Assembly (NCBI GenBank): GCA_041489155.1
Contig: JBGPQP010000007.1
Span: 1-62,550, forward strand
Reading direction: 5' to 3'
Origin: Candidatus Aenigmatarchaeota archaeon
GTDB taxonomy: Archaea > Aenigmatarchaeota > Aenigmatarchaeia > QMZP01 > QMZT01
DNA length: 62,550 nucleotides
Both the position numbers and the translations under genes were made by a program. The notes under the pieces are model-generated. The model had not been told where the DNA came from. It saw nothing but the letters and a program-made list of their open reading frames with translations, and did not search any database. This document shows, one piece after another, positions 29,183 to 38,507 of the stretch; position 1 is the stretch's first letter; each line of letters starts with the position of its first letter.

Positions 29183-31192
29183 ATGGTCAAGGCAAAAATT
29201 AACAAGGAAGAGATGGCGGAGAAGTTCAACGAATTCCTAGACAAGTTCTACAAGAAAGGCCTTGCCAAGGCTTCCAACGACGGCAAGCCGCTCATCGTGG
29301 ACTTCAACAACATCGACAAGTTCAATGCCGACCTTTCCGACATGCTGATAAATAACCCCAACGCTTTCATGGAGATGACAAGCGAGGCGCTGGGCCAGAT
29401 GGAACTCACGAACCCTGTAAAACTCAGGTTCCAGCTCAGCGAACCGCTCAACATACGCGACCTGCGCTCTAGGCACATAGGCAAGTTCATCTGCATCGAG
29501 GGCATCGTGAGGCGCTCCAGCGAGATAAGGCCGGAGATAATAGAAACCACCTGGCAGTGCCCGGACTGCAGCGAGATATTCCAGCAGCCGAGGAAGGCGA
29601 ATTTCATAATGGAGCCCTACCAGTGCCCGAAATGCAGGAACAAGAACGGGCTCAAGCAGATAGACAAGAAAATGATAGACACGCGATGGGTAACTATAGA
29701 CGAGCCCTTCGAGCTGACAGAAGGCGAAAGGCCGTCGCAGCTTAATATTTTCCTTACAGAGGATCTGGTCTCGCCGGAGGGCAGGCGCATGACCGATCCT
29801 GGAAACCGCATAAGGATAAGCGGCGTCCTGCGCGAGATGCCGAAAGCGAAGTCAATGGTCAAACTTGATTTTTACCTTGACGCGAACCAAGTCGAGCCGA
29901 CCGAGATTGGCTGGAGGCAGTTGGAAGTGACGAAGGAAGACGAGAAGAAGATAAAGGAAAGCTCAAAAGACCCGCTCATTTACGATAAGCTGGTCGATTC
30001 GATCGCGCCTTCGCTCTACGGCATGCGCGAGATAAAGGAGTCCATCCTTCTCCAGATGTTCGGCGGGGTCCCTCGCACGCTGAAAGACGGAACGAAGTTC
30101 AGGGGGGACATACATCTCCTGCTTATAGGTGATCCGTCCTCAGGTAAATCGCAGCTCATGAAGCTCATATCGCAGATCGTGCCGCGCGGCAAATACGTTT
30201 CAGGCAAAGGCGTGACGGGCGCAGGTCTGACGGCGACCGTAGTGAAGGACGAGCAGTTCATGGGCGGATGGGTCCTTGAAGCCGGCGCGCTCGTGCTGAC
30301 TAACGGCGGCATGCTCGCCGTGGATGAGTTCGAGAAGATGTCGACGGATGACCAGGTTGCCATGCACGAGGCGCTCGAGCAGGGGACTATATCGATAGCG
30401 AAAGCATCGATAGTCGCAACGCTGCCGGCGCAGACGTCGGTTCTCGCAGGCGGCAACCCCAAGTTCTCGAGGTTCGACCCTTACATGCCCATCGCGAAGC
30501 AGATAAACATACCGGACACTCTGCTCAGCCGTTTCGACCTCAAGTTCGCCCTGCGTGACGTGCCGGACAGCGAGATGGACAAAAAAATAGTCGACCACGT
30601 CCTCAAGTCGAGGGAACATGATTTCGAGCTCAGCAAGCCCCTCATCGACCCGATGTTCATAAGGAAATACGTCGCCTACTGCAGGAAAAACTGCACCCCC
30701 GTCCTCACTTCCGAGGCGGGCAAGACCCTGAGGAAGTTCTACATAAACATGAGGAAGCGCGCCGAAGAACGCGGCGGGGGCGGGCCGATACCCATCACAC
30801 TCCGTCAGTTCGAGGCGCTCATCCGTCTTTCTGAAGCTTCGGCGAGGATCCAGCTGAGCGACGAGATCCGCAGGGAAGACGCGCAGAGGGCGATGAGGCT
30901 CATGCGCTTCTCGCTCGAGCAGCTCGGCCTGGACACCAAGACCGGCGAAATAGATATCGACAGGGCTGAAGGAGCGACGACGACATCGAGCGACAGGTCA
31001 AAGATAAGGGTAGTGATGGACGTAATAAACGAGCTTACGAAGAAGGCGAAGGAAGTCGCCATCTCGGAAATCCATCAGTTGTCCAAGAAAGAAGGGCTTG
31101 AAAGCGACGACGAGGTCGATGAAGTAATAGAGAAGTTGAAGCGCGAGGGCCTGCTTTTCGAGCCGAGCCCCGGGTATGTGCAGAAGGTTTAA
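29183..31192 (+). CDS. mcm: MCM replicative helicase
   Basis: Zn finger CPDC/CPKC, Walker A GDPSSGKS, DEFEKM, SRFD arginine finger, C-terminal winged helix. Confidence 0.96.
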   Translation: MVKAKINKEEMAEKFNEFLDKFYKKGLAKASNDGKPLIVDFNNIDKFNADLSDMLINNPNAFMEMTSEALGQMELTNPVKLRFQLSEPLNIRDLRSRHIGKFICIEGIVRRSSEIRPEIIETTWQCPDCSEIFQQPRKANFIMEPYQCPKCRNKNGLKQIDKKMIDTRWVTIDEPFELTEGERPSQLNIFLTEDLVSPEGRRMTDPGNRIRISGVLREMPKAKSMVKLDFYLDANQVEPTEIGWRQLEVTKEDEKKIKESSKDPLIYDKLVDSIAPSLYGMREIKESILLQMFGGVPRTLKDGTKFRGDIHLLLIGDPSSGKSQLMKLISQIVPRGKYVSGKGVTGAGLTATVVKDEQFMGGWVLEAGALVLTNGGMLAVDEFEKMSTDDQVAMHEALEQGTISIAKASIVATLPAQTSVLAGGNPKFSRFDPYMPIAKQINIPDTLLSRFDLKFALRDVPDSEMDKKIVDHVLKSREHDFELSKPLIDPMFIRKYVAYCRKNCTPVLTSEAGKTLRKFYINMRKRAEERGGGGPIPITLRQFEALIRLSEASARIQLSDEIRREDAQRAMRLMRFSLEQLGLDTKTGEIDIDRAEGATTTSSDRSKIRVVMDVINELTKKAKEVAISEIHQLSKKEGLESDDEVDEVIEKLKREGLLFEPSPGYVQKV

Positions 31193-31218
31193 AAAATTTA
31201 TTATCTTAATTCTATGTT

Positions 31219-31407
31219 ATGGGCATCGAAACATCATCATCATACAATAAACTCGTTAATAAAAAAGGCTACGGGGCGGTCCTGAAGTTCTACGCGGATG
31301 CGCTAAGGCAAGGCGACGAAGCAGAAGCGCAAAGGTTTCTGGGAATCCTGCAGAGAAGCGAATTTAGCGGCAGGCTTGCAAGGGATCTGGCAAAAATACC
31401 CGTCTAA
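31219..31407 (+). CDS. Small hypothetical protein
   Basis: 62-aa ORF downstream of a TATA-like AAAAAATTTATT. Confidence 0.5.
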   Translation: MGIETSSSYNKLVNKKGYGAVLKFYADALRQGDEAEAQRFLGILQRSEFSGRLARDLAKIPV

Positions 31408-31521
31408 TTACCGCAATTTCCTGCGCTTAAATAAGGGGAAGGATAATTTCTAAATAACTATTCGTGAATTAAGTCTAATTCGCACCCGAATTACGCTTAT
31501 TTGCGTTGAGGAGTTGGTAGG

Positions 31522-31985
31522 ATGACGGCAAAGACCGGGAAAACAGCGAAGAATGTCGCGAAAACGGGCGACAGGTGAAGCTGGAATACGAAGGCAAACT
31601 GGAGGACGGCACGGTTTTTGATTCTTCTGAGAGGCACGGGAAGCCGCTCGAATTCGTAATAGGCACGGATCAGATAATACCAGGTTTTGAAAAAGCAGTG
31701 ATGAGGATGCAGAAAGGCGAGGAGAAGACCTTCAAGCTCAAGCCCCCGGAAGCGTACGGCGAACACAACCCCCAGCTCGTACAGAAATTCCCGAGAGACA
31801 GGCTCCCGAAAGGCGATGAACCGAAACCGGGCATGCTGCTGGTGCTCACGCTGCCCGACGGCAACCAGCTGCCTGCGAAGATAACCGGCGTAGAAAAGGA
31901 CTGGATAACCATAGACCTCAACCATCCGCTCGCGGGGAAAACGCTGACCTTCAAAATAAAACTTGTGGAGATAAGGGCTGCGTGA
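31522..31985 (+). CDS. slyD: SlyD-like FKBP peptidyl-prolyl isomerase, apparently with a 1-nt frameshift at about 31573-31575
   Basis: ATG 31522 gives MTAKTGKTAKNVAKTGDR-stop; the -1 frame continues VKLEYEGKLEDGTVFDSS...DLNHPLAGKTLTF. Confidence 0.85.
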
Positions 31986-32017
31986 AAAATTTATACGTGA
32001 TGCACCAATAGTTTCTT

Positions 32018-32332
32018 ATGAACTGCCCTAAATGCGACGGCGGGGCGTACGTGTCGGAAGAGGAAGTCGTCAACGTCCTCGAAAGCACGAGCCCGGTAAA
32101 AGCGATAGTGAAGATTGCTTACATCTGCAAATCGTGCGGAGAGCGCTTCTCAAGGGTCTACTTCGAGGACGTCGAGGGGAGGAAGAAAGCGGAAGAGAAA
32201 GAGACGAAGACGAAAACATGGAAGCCCGCTCCCGGAATGCCGACCAGCGAGTTCGCAGCCGGCGGGCCGCTGATACCCAAAGCGAAGGACAAAGAACCCA
32301 TGGACACGCTCAAGTTCCTTGACGACGTCTAG
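32018..32332 (+). CDS. Small zinc-ribbon protein
   Basis: CPKC...CKSC. Confidence 0.7.
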   Translation: MNCPKCDGGAYVSEEEVVNVLESTSPVKAIVKIAYICKSCGERFSRVYFEDVEGRKKAEEKETKTKTWKPAPGMPTSEFAAGGPLIPKAKDKEPMDTLKFLDDV

Positions 32333-32355
32333 ACTGGTTTGAAAAATAGGATTGC

Positions 32356-35300
32356 CTACTCGTACTCGCCCCAGTGTTTTATTTTCAGCTCCGAGATGTT
32401 TTTGCTGGCCAGCGACTGCACGAAAAGGTCCGAAACCTGCAGGTTTGTGAACAGCGGAATGGAAAAATCTATCGCTGTCCTCCTGAGGGCGTAGTCGCTG
32501 CCGAAATTGTTTTTCCTTTCCGGGTCGGGGACGGCGATTACAAAATCTATTTTCTTTTGCATCAGGTAATCCTTTATGTTCGGCTTTTTCTTCTCATGTA
32601 CCTTGTAAAGCCTCGTGTTCTCAACGCCGTTATCCCTGAGGAATGCGGACGTGTGCTCGGTGGCGAACATGCTGAAGCCCAAGTCTCTCAGCTTCTTCGC
32701 GGAGTCGAGGAATTTGAGCTTCCCGATCTCGCCGCCTATGCTTATGAGTATGTTCTTATGCGGAAGGGTATAACCGACGGAAAGGATGGATTTCAAAAAC
32801 GCTTCATGGATGTCCTCCCCGAGGCACGCGACCTCGCCCGTCGATGCCATCTCCACGCCGGAGACGGGATCCGCTTCCTTAAGGCGCGAGAATGAGAACT
32901 GGGGCGCTTTCAGGCCTATGTAGTTCAGGTCGAGCGTCGATTTCGTGTTTTTCACGGGCAAGCCCATGAGCGACCTGGTGGCGAGCTCTATGAAGTTGAT
33001 TTTCGATACCTTCGAGACGAAGGGAAAGGATCTCGAAGCGCGCAGATTGCATTCGATCACCTTTATGTCGTTGTCCTTTGCTATGAACTGTATGTTGAAG
33101 GGTCCTGTTATGCTGAGGGCCTTCGCTATCTTCCTTCCGGTTTCCCTGATTTTCCTTATGGTCTCGATGTAAAGTCTCTGGGGCGGAAGGACCATCGTCG
33201 CATCGCCGGAATGGACGCCTGCGTTCTCGATGTGCTCGACTATCGCCGATGCCACGACATCGCCCTTGTTCGCGACGGCGTCCATCTCGATTTCCTTCGC
33301 GTTCATTATGAACTTGCTTATAACGACGGGATATTCAGGAGAAACCATCGACGCCTTTTTCAGGTAAGCGTCAAGGTCCTTGTGGCCGAAGGCCACGCTC
33401 ATCGCAGAGCCGCTGAGGACGTAGGAAGGCCTGACGAGGACCGGGTATCCTATCCTTCTCGCGAACTCCTTCGCCTTCACGACGCTGGTCAATTCCTTCC
33501 ATTGCGGCTGGTCCACGCCGAGCCTGTCCAGAAGCTTGGAGAATTTGTAGCGGTTTTCCGCGATGTCTATTTTGCCCGGCGGCGTGCCGAGGATTTTCAT
33601 GCCGGCCTTGAAGCATTTCATGGCCATGTTGTTGGGTATCTGGCCTCCCATCGACACTACTACGCCTTTCGGCTTTTCCTTCTCGTATATGTCCATCACT
33701 CTTTCGAAGCTCAGCTCGTCGAAATAGAGCTTGTCGCATATGTCGTAATCCGTCGAGACGGTCTCGGGATTGTAATTGACCATGATCGTCGAATAACCCA
33801 TCTTCTTGAGGTTCACGACCGCCGTCACGCAGCACCAGTCGAATTCGACTGACGAGCCTATGCTGTAGGAACCTGAGCCCAGGACCATGACTGTCTTCCT
33901 GGCGGACGGGAAGTGTATATCATCCTCGCTGCCATTGTAGGTGAGATAAAGGTAATTGGTTTTTGCAGGGTATTCCGCGGCGAGCGTGTCTATCTGCTTC
34001 ACGCAGGGCACTATGCCGAGCGTCTTTCTCCTGCTCCTGACCGCGGCCTCGTCTGCGCCTGTTATTATGGCTATCTGCTTGTCCGAGAAGCCTTTCTGCT
34101 TTGCCTCGAGCAGCAGTTCCTGCGGGATTTCGTGCAGCCTGTATTTTTTCAGTTTCCCTTCAAGCTCGACGATGTTCTTCAGCTTGAAGAGGAACCATCT
34201 GTCTATCTTGGTCAGGCTGTAAATTTTATCAACGGAATACCCCTTAGCTATCGCTTCGGCTATGCCGAACAGCCTTTCGTCCGTCGGGTATTTCAGCTCC
34301 CTTTCCAGATCATCGAAGGAATAATTCCTGTTGCAGACCACGCCGTACATGCCTATCTGCAGCATGCGCGCGGCCTTCTGTATGACCTCCTCGAAATTCC
34401 TGCCTATCGCCATCACTTCGCCGACCGACTTCATCTCCGAGCCTATCTTCTTCGAGACCCTTGCGAATTTTTTCAGGTCCCACCTTGGTATTTTCACGAC
34501 GAGATAATCTAGCGCCGGCTCGAAGCATGCGGTCGTGGCTTTGGTTATCGAGTTCCGTATGCCGGGAAGCGTGTAGCCGAACGCAAGTTTCGCGGCAACG
34601 AACGCAAGCGGATAGCCGGTCGCCTTGCTGGCGAGGGCCGACGATCTTGAAAGCCTCGCGTTCACCTCGATAATCCTGTAGTCGCTGTTTTCAGGGTTGA
34701 GCGCGAACTGGATGTTGCATTCGCCTATTATCCCCAGGTGCCTGATCGCCTTTATGGAAATCTCCCTGAGCATGTGGTACTCGTGATTGGTGAGCGTCTG
34801 CGACGGCGCGATGACGATGCTTTCGCCGGTGTGTATCCCCATCGGATCGAAGTTCTCCATGTTGCAGACGGTTATGCAGTTGTCCTCCCTGTCGCGGACG
34901 ACTTCGTATTCGACTTCCTTCCAGCCTTCAAGATACTCCTCGATCAGAACCTGTTTCGTGTGGCTGAAGGCCTTCTTCAGGGCGTACCTGAGGTCTTCCT
35001 CGCTGTAGGAAACCCCGCTCCCCCTCCCGCCGAGGGCGTACGCGACCCTCGCCATCACAGGATATCCTATTTTTTTCGCCGCTTTCAGGCCTTCTTCGAT
35101 GCTGTTCACTGCCGTTCCTTCCGGGACTTTCAGGTCGCATTCATGGAGCCTCCTGCTGAACAATTCCCTGTCTTCCGTATCCTCTATCGCCTCGACCGGC
35201 GTTCCAAGAACGCTGACTTTGAATTTCTTCAGCACCCCCTTCTTCCAGAGCTCTACGCCGCAGTTGAGCGCCGTCTGCCCGCCGAAGGAAAGGACGATGC

Positions 35301-35544
35301 CGTCAGGCCTTTCCTTTTCTATCACCTTTTCAGCAAAGTGAGGGGTGACCGGAAGGAAATAAACTTTGTCAGCGAGATAGTCGGAGGTCTGGATGGTGGC
35401 TATGTTCGGGTTTATCAGAATGACTTCGATGCCCTCCTCTTTCAGCGCTTTTATTGCCTGGCTTCCAGAGTAGTCGAACTCGCCTGCCTCTCCTATTTTA
35501 AGCGCTCCGCTCCCGAGCACCAGGACTTTCCTTGGCTTTTTCAT
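32356..35544 (-). CDS. carB: Carbamoyl-phosphate synthase large subunit
   Basis: GEFDYSGSQA, NPNIATIQT, GIHTGES, EVNARLSRSSALASKATG, NPETVSTDYD, MGS domain. Confidence 0.96.
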   Translation of the reverse strand: MKKPRKVLVLGSGALKIGEAGEFDYSGSQAIKALKEEGIEVILINPNIATIQTSDYLADKVYFLPVTPHFAEKVIEKERPDGIVLSFGGQTALNCGVELWKKGVLKKFKVSVLGTPVEAIEDTEDRELFSRRLHECDLKVPEGTAVNSIEEGLKAAKKIGYPVMARVAYALGGRGSGVSYSEEDLRYALKKAFSHTKQVLIEEYLEGWKEVEYEVVRDREDNCITVCNMENFDPMGIHTGESIVIAPSQTLTNHEYHMLREISIKAIRHLGIIGECNIQFALNPENSDYRIIEVNARLSRSSALASKATGYPLAFVAAKLAFGYTLPGIRNSITKATTACFEPALDYLVVKIPRWDLKKFARVSKKIGSEMKSVGEVMAIGRNFEEVIQKAARMLQIGMYGVVCNRNYSFDDLERELKYPTDERLFGIAEAIAKGYSVDKIYSLTKIDRWFLFKLKNIVELEGKLKKYRLHEIPQELLLEAKQKGFSDKQIAIITGADEAAVRSRRKTLGIVPCVKQIDTLAAEYPAKTNYLYLTYNGSEDDIHFPSARKTVMVLGSGSYSIGSSVEFDWCCVTAVVNLKKMGYSTIMVNYNPETVSTDYDICDKLYFDELSFERVMDIYEKEKPKGVVVSMGGQIPNNMAMKCFKAGMKILGTPPGKIDIAENRYKFSKLLDRLGVDQPQWKELTSVVKAKEFARRIGYPVLVRPSYVLSGSAMSVAFGHKDLDAYLKKASMVSPEYPVVISKFIMNAKEIEMDAVANKGDVVASAIVEHIENAGVHSGDATMVLPPQRLYIETIRKIRETGRKIAKALSITGPFNIQFIAKDNDIKVIECNLRASRSFPFVSKVSKINFIELATRSLMGLPVKNTKSTLDLNYIGLKAPQFSFSRLKEADPVSGVEMASTGEVACLGEDIHEAFLKSILSVGYTLPHKNILISIGGEIGKLKFLDSAKKLRDLGFSMFATEHTSAFLRDNGVENTRLYKVHEKKKPNIKDYLMQKKIDFVIAVPDPERKNNFGSDYALRRTAIDFSIPLFTNLQVSDLFVQSLASKNISELKIKHWGEYE

Positions 35545-35545
35545 G

Positions 35546-36655
35546 TCATCTCTCCATAAGCCTGAAAAACCTGTCAAAAAGGAATTCCGTGTCCTTCGGT
35601 CCCGGACACGCCTCCGGATGGAACTGCACGCTCATGAAGGGCCTGGTCCTGTGGATTATTCCTTCGTTGGTTTTGTCGTTCGCGTTGGTGAACAGCGGTT
35701 TCCATTCTCTTGAAAGGCTTTTTACGTCGACGGCGAAGCCGTGGTTCTGGCTCGTTATGTAGCATCTTTTCGTCGCTTCTTCAACGCACGGCTGGTTCTG
35801 GCTCCTGTGGCCGAACTTCAGCTTATACGTGTCGCCGCCCGAAGCGAGGGCGAGAATCTGGTTGCCGAGGCATATGCCGAAAAGCGGGATTTCCTCTTCC
35901 ATCAGCTGCCGCACTGTTTCTATCGTTTTAGCGCACTGCTTCGGATCGCCGGGGCCGTTCGAAATAACAACGCCTGAAGGCGAGTGACTCATTATGTCGC
36001 TGAAAGCCGTCTGCGCAGGGACCCTGACGACTCTCGCTTCCCTCTTAGCCAGACATCTTACTATGTTCTCCTTTGCCCCGCAGTCGATCAGGACAACAGT
36101 CTTTTGCCGGGACTTTTTTCCGGACGGTGAAGCATTATATATTCTGGTGCCTTTGATGGTGACCTCGGAGACGAGGTCCCTTTTGTTGGGGTCAGGTATG
36201 CGCTTTGCCTCATCCAAAAGCGCTTTGACGTCTATCTCGTCCCTGTATGTCTGCAATATCCCCAGCATGACACCGCGGACCCTTAATCTTTTGGTCAGCG
36301 CCCTCGTGTCTATGCCGCAGATGCCGGGGATCCCGTTTTCTGCCAGCCACTGATCGAGCGATTTTTCAGAGGTGGAATGCGAAGGCTTTTCGCAGAGTTC
36401 GCTGACTATGTAGCCTTCTATCATCGGCCTCCCAGATTCGAAGCTTTTCGAGGAGACGCCGTAATTCCCTATGAGCGGGTATGTCTGGCAGAGAATCTGG
36501 CCGTTGTAAGAAGGATCCGTTATGGATTCCGGATAGCCGACCATGCCCGTGTTGAAAACCACTTCGCCTGAGCTTTTTCCAAGCGCACCGAAGCCTTTAC
36601 CCTTCCAAACGCTCCCGTCTTCAAGAACCAGTATCGCTTTCGTCTCTTTTTCCAT
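35546..36655 (-). CDS. carA: Carbamoyl-phosphate synthase small subunit
   Basis: GEVVFNTGMVGY, SNGPGDP, GICLG, VQFHPEA. Confidence 0.96.
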   Translation of the reverse strand: MEKETKAILVLEDGSVWKGKGFGALGKSSGEVVFNTGMVGYPESITDPSYNGQILCQTYPLIGNYGVSSKSFESGRPMIEGYIVSELCEKPSHSTSEKSLDQWLAENGIPGICGIDTRALTKRLRVRGVMLGILQTYRDEIDVKALLDEAKRIPDPNKRDLVSEVTIKGTRIYNASPSGKKSRQKTVVLIDCGAKENIVRCLAKREARVVRVPAQTAFSDIMSHSPSGVVISNGPGDPKQCAKTIETVRQLMEEEIPLFGICLGNQILALASGGDTYKLKFGHRSQNQPCVEEATKRCYITSQNHGFAVDVKSLSREWKPLFTNANDKTNEGIIHRTRPFMSVQFHPEACPGPKDTEFLFDRFFRLMER

Positions 36656-36868
36656 TGTTGTAAGACTTGTGCAAACATTTATAAATAGTTTACCCGCTAT
36701 CGATTTGAATAGAAAAGCCTGCCCTTGGTTTCAGCCTTTGCTATGTTCCCTCGCCTGGATGGAGGCAGCAAAAGAAACCCTTCAATAATTGGTTGCAGAA
36801 GTTTAAATTGATTTCTATGCTGCAGGAGACATTACGAAAATTTGCGGCTGGAAGCGAAACAACGGTGG

Positions 36869-37696
36869 TCATGCGACTTTGATGTCCATGCAGAACTTTA
36901 TTGTGCCGGGCCCGTAATCCGAGACCTTCTTCACGCTTATCGACCTGATTTTCCTTCCCTGATCTTTCAGATCAGCTCCGACGATTTCCTTTATGTCATC
37001 GAGGCCCTGCTCGGCAGACCAGAAATAATAGTGTATCATGCCGCCTTTCTTCCTCAGGCATTTCGAGGCGAGTTGCAGATACTGGTAGGCGCCCTTCGGA
37101 AGAGGCATGACGACCCTGTCGCACTGCCCGAGGCATTTGGCGCATTCGGTCTCAACGTCGCCGAGGACTGGAGTTATCTTGCCGCCCGCCTTGTTTATGC
37201 GTATGTTTTCCGCCATGTATTTGTAGGCGTCGGGGTTTATCTCGACGGCGTAAATCCTCTTTACCTTCGGCTGGCGCCTGGCGATGGCGATGGCGTATGG
37301 TCCTGCGCCTGCGAACATAACCATGACGGTCTCGTTCGCTTTAACCTGACCGGCTATCCTCTGCCTTTCGTTCGCCTCGCGCGGCGAGAAATAAACTTTC
37401 CTCACGTCCAGGCGAATCCGGTAGCCGTGCTCCTTGTGCTCGGTCTCCCTTTCCTCCCCGTGAAGCAGCTCCAGCTCTCGGAGCCTGTAAACGCCCTTCC
37501 TCTCGCTGCCCTTGTTGTAAACCGTCCTGACATTCGGGTGGACTTCAAGAAGCGCATCTACTATGTCCCCCTTCCTGTATAAAAGCTCTTGCGGGATTTC
37601 GAGTATCGCGATGTCACCGACGATGTCGAACGAGCCTTTCAACAGCTTCAGTTCCCTCTCCGGAAGCCTTTTTTCAAGAAGTTCCCGCATGTCCAT
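36869..37696 (-). CDS. Trm5/Tyw2-family tRNA methyltransferase
   Basis: FDIVGDIAI, HKEHG, YFSPR, MFAGAGPY, EINP, DRVVMPLP. Confidence 0.88.
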   Translation of the reverse strand: MDMRELLEKRLPERELKLLKGSFDIVGDIAILEIPQELLYRKGDIVDALLEVHPNVRTVYNKGSERKGVYRLRELELLHGEERETEHKEHGYRIRLDVRKVYFSPREANERQRIAGQVKANETVMVMFAGAGPYAIAIARRQPKVKRIYAVEINPDAYKYMAENIRINKAGGKITPVLGDVETECAKCLGQCDRVVMPLPKGAYQYLQLASKCLRKKGGMIHYYFWSAEQGLDDIKEIVGADLKDQGRKIRSISVKKVSDYGPGTIKFCMDIKVA

Positions 37697-37796
37697 ATTT
37701 ATTACTAATAACCGGCCCTTATAAAAATCTGACCGGCTTTGCCCTGTATCAGCGAACATTATTAAGCCGGCGAAAGAAAATGATATTGTTCTTGGG

Positions 37797-38441
37797 ATGC
37801 ACATGCTCGACATGAAGCTGGATCCGCTGGATTTTGCAGACCTCGCAGAAGCCGCAGAGATGAGTCTCGAAATGCTCAGCGATTCCTTCCGGGCAGAGCT
37901 GGAAAAGATAAAGGAGCTGCTGGACGAAGCGACGGACAAGGATAGCGAAGAAGACGAGGAAACGGATTACAAGGAGGCGTACGGCAGGGTTGACGAGGAA
38001 GCGAAGAAATATCAGGAAAAATTCAGCAAATACGCCGAAAAGCTGAAGGAGAATCTGGAGAAAGTATACAACGACGCCATCGCGAAAGAAACGGACGTTA
38101 AGCAGGAAAGGCGCGAAAAGACCGCGGAGAAGAGCATCAAAAGCCCGTGGGAGCGCGGCCACAAGCTCGGCTGCGGCTGCCCAGGATGCGCGACGTACCG
38201 CGAGTTTCACGGCATAGCGCCCGACAGCAACAAAACAATCTTCCTGATTGCGACAGATTTCGAAGACGCCGGCCCGGCTTTGAAATCAAAAAAAGGCAAA
38301 ACGGACAAATACGCAGAGGAAACCGGCTCCAAGCCCTGCGGAGGCAAGCTCTATAACTTCTTCCACGGTGACAGGGCGGAGATGAAAAACATACTTGGCA
38401 GTTACACGAAAAACTTCAATTTCGCCAGGGCAGGTTTTTAA
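37797..38441 (+). CDS. Hypothetical acidic coiled-coil protein with HxxGCGCPGC motif
   Basis: 214-aa ORF, Glu/Asp-rich helical N-half, HKLGCGCPGC. Confidence 0.65.
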   Translation: MHMLDMKLDPLDFADLAEAAEMSLEMLSDSFRAELEKIKELLDEATDKDSEEDEETDYKEAYGRVDEEAKKYQEKFSKYAEKLKENLEKVYNDAIAKETDVKQERREKTAEKSIKSPWERGHKLGCGCPGCATYREFHGIAPDSNKTIFLIATDFEDAGPALKSKKGKTDKYAEETGSKPCGGKLYNFFHGDRAEMKNILGSYTKNFNFARAGF

Positions 38442-38507
38442 ACTGTTCGGTTATACTAGATTAAATTACAATATAATATATGACGGTTTTATTGCAACGG
38501 TGACTCA

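Noticed and set aside
37697..37939. N-terminal extension of the Trm5-like ORF in the track
   Set aside because: Overlaps the divergent gene and promoter; family similarity begins at MDMRELL (37696)
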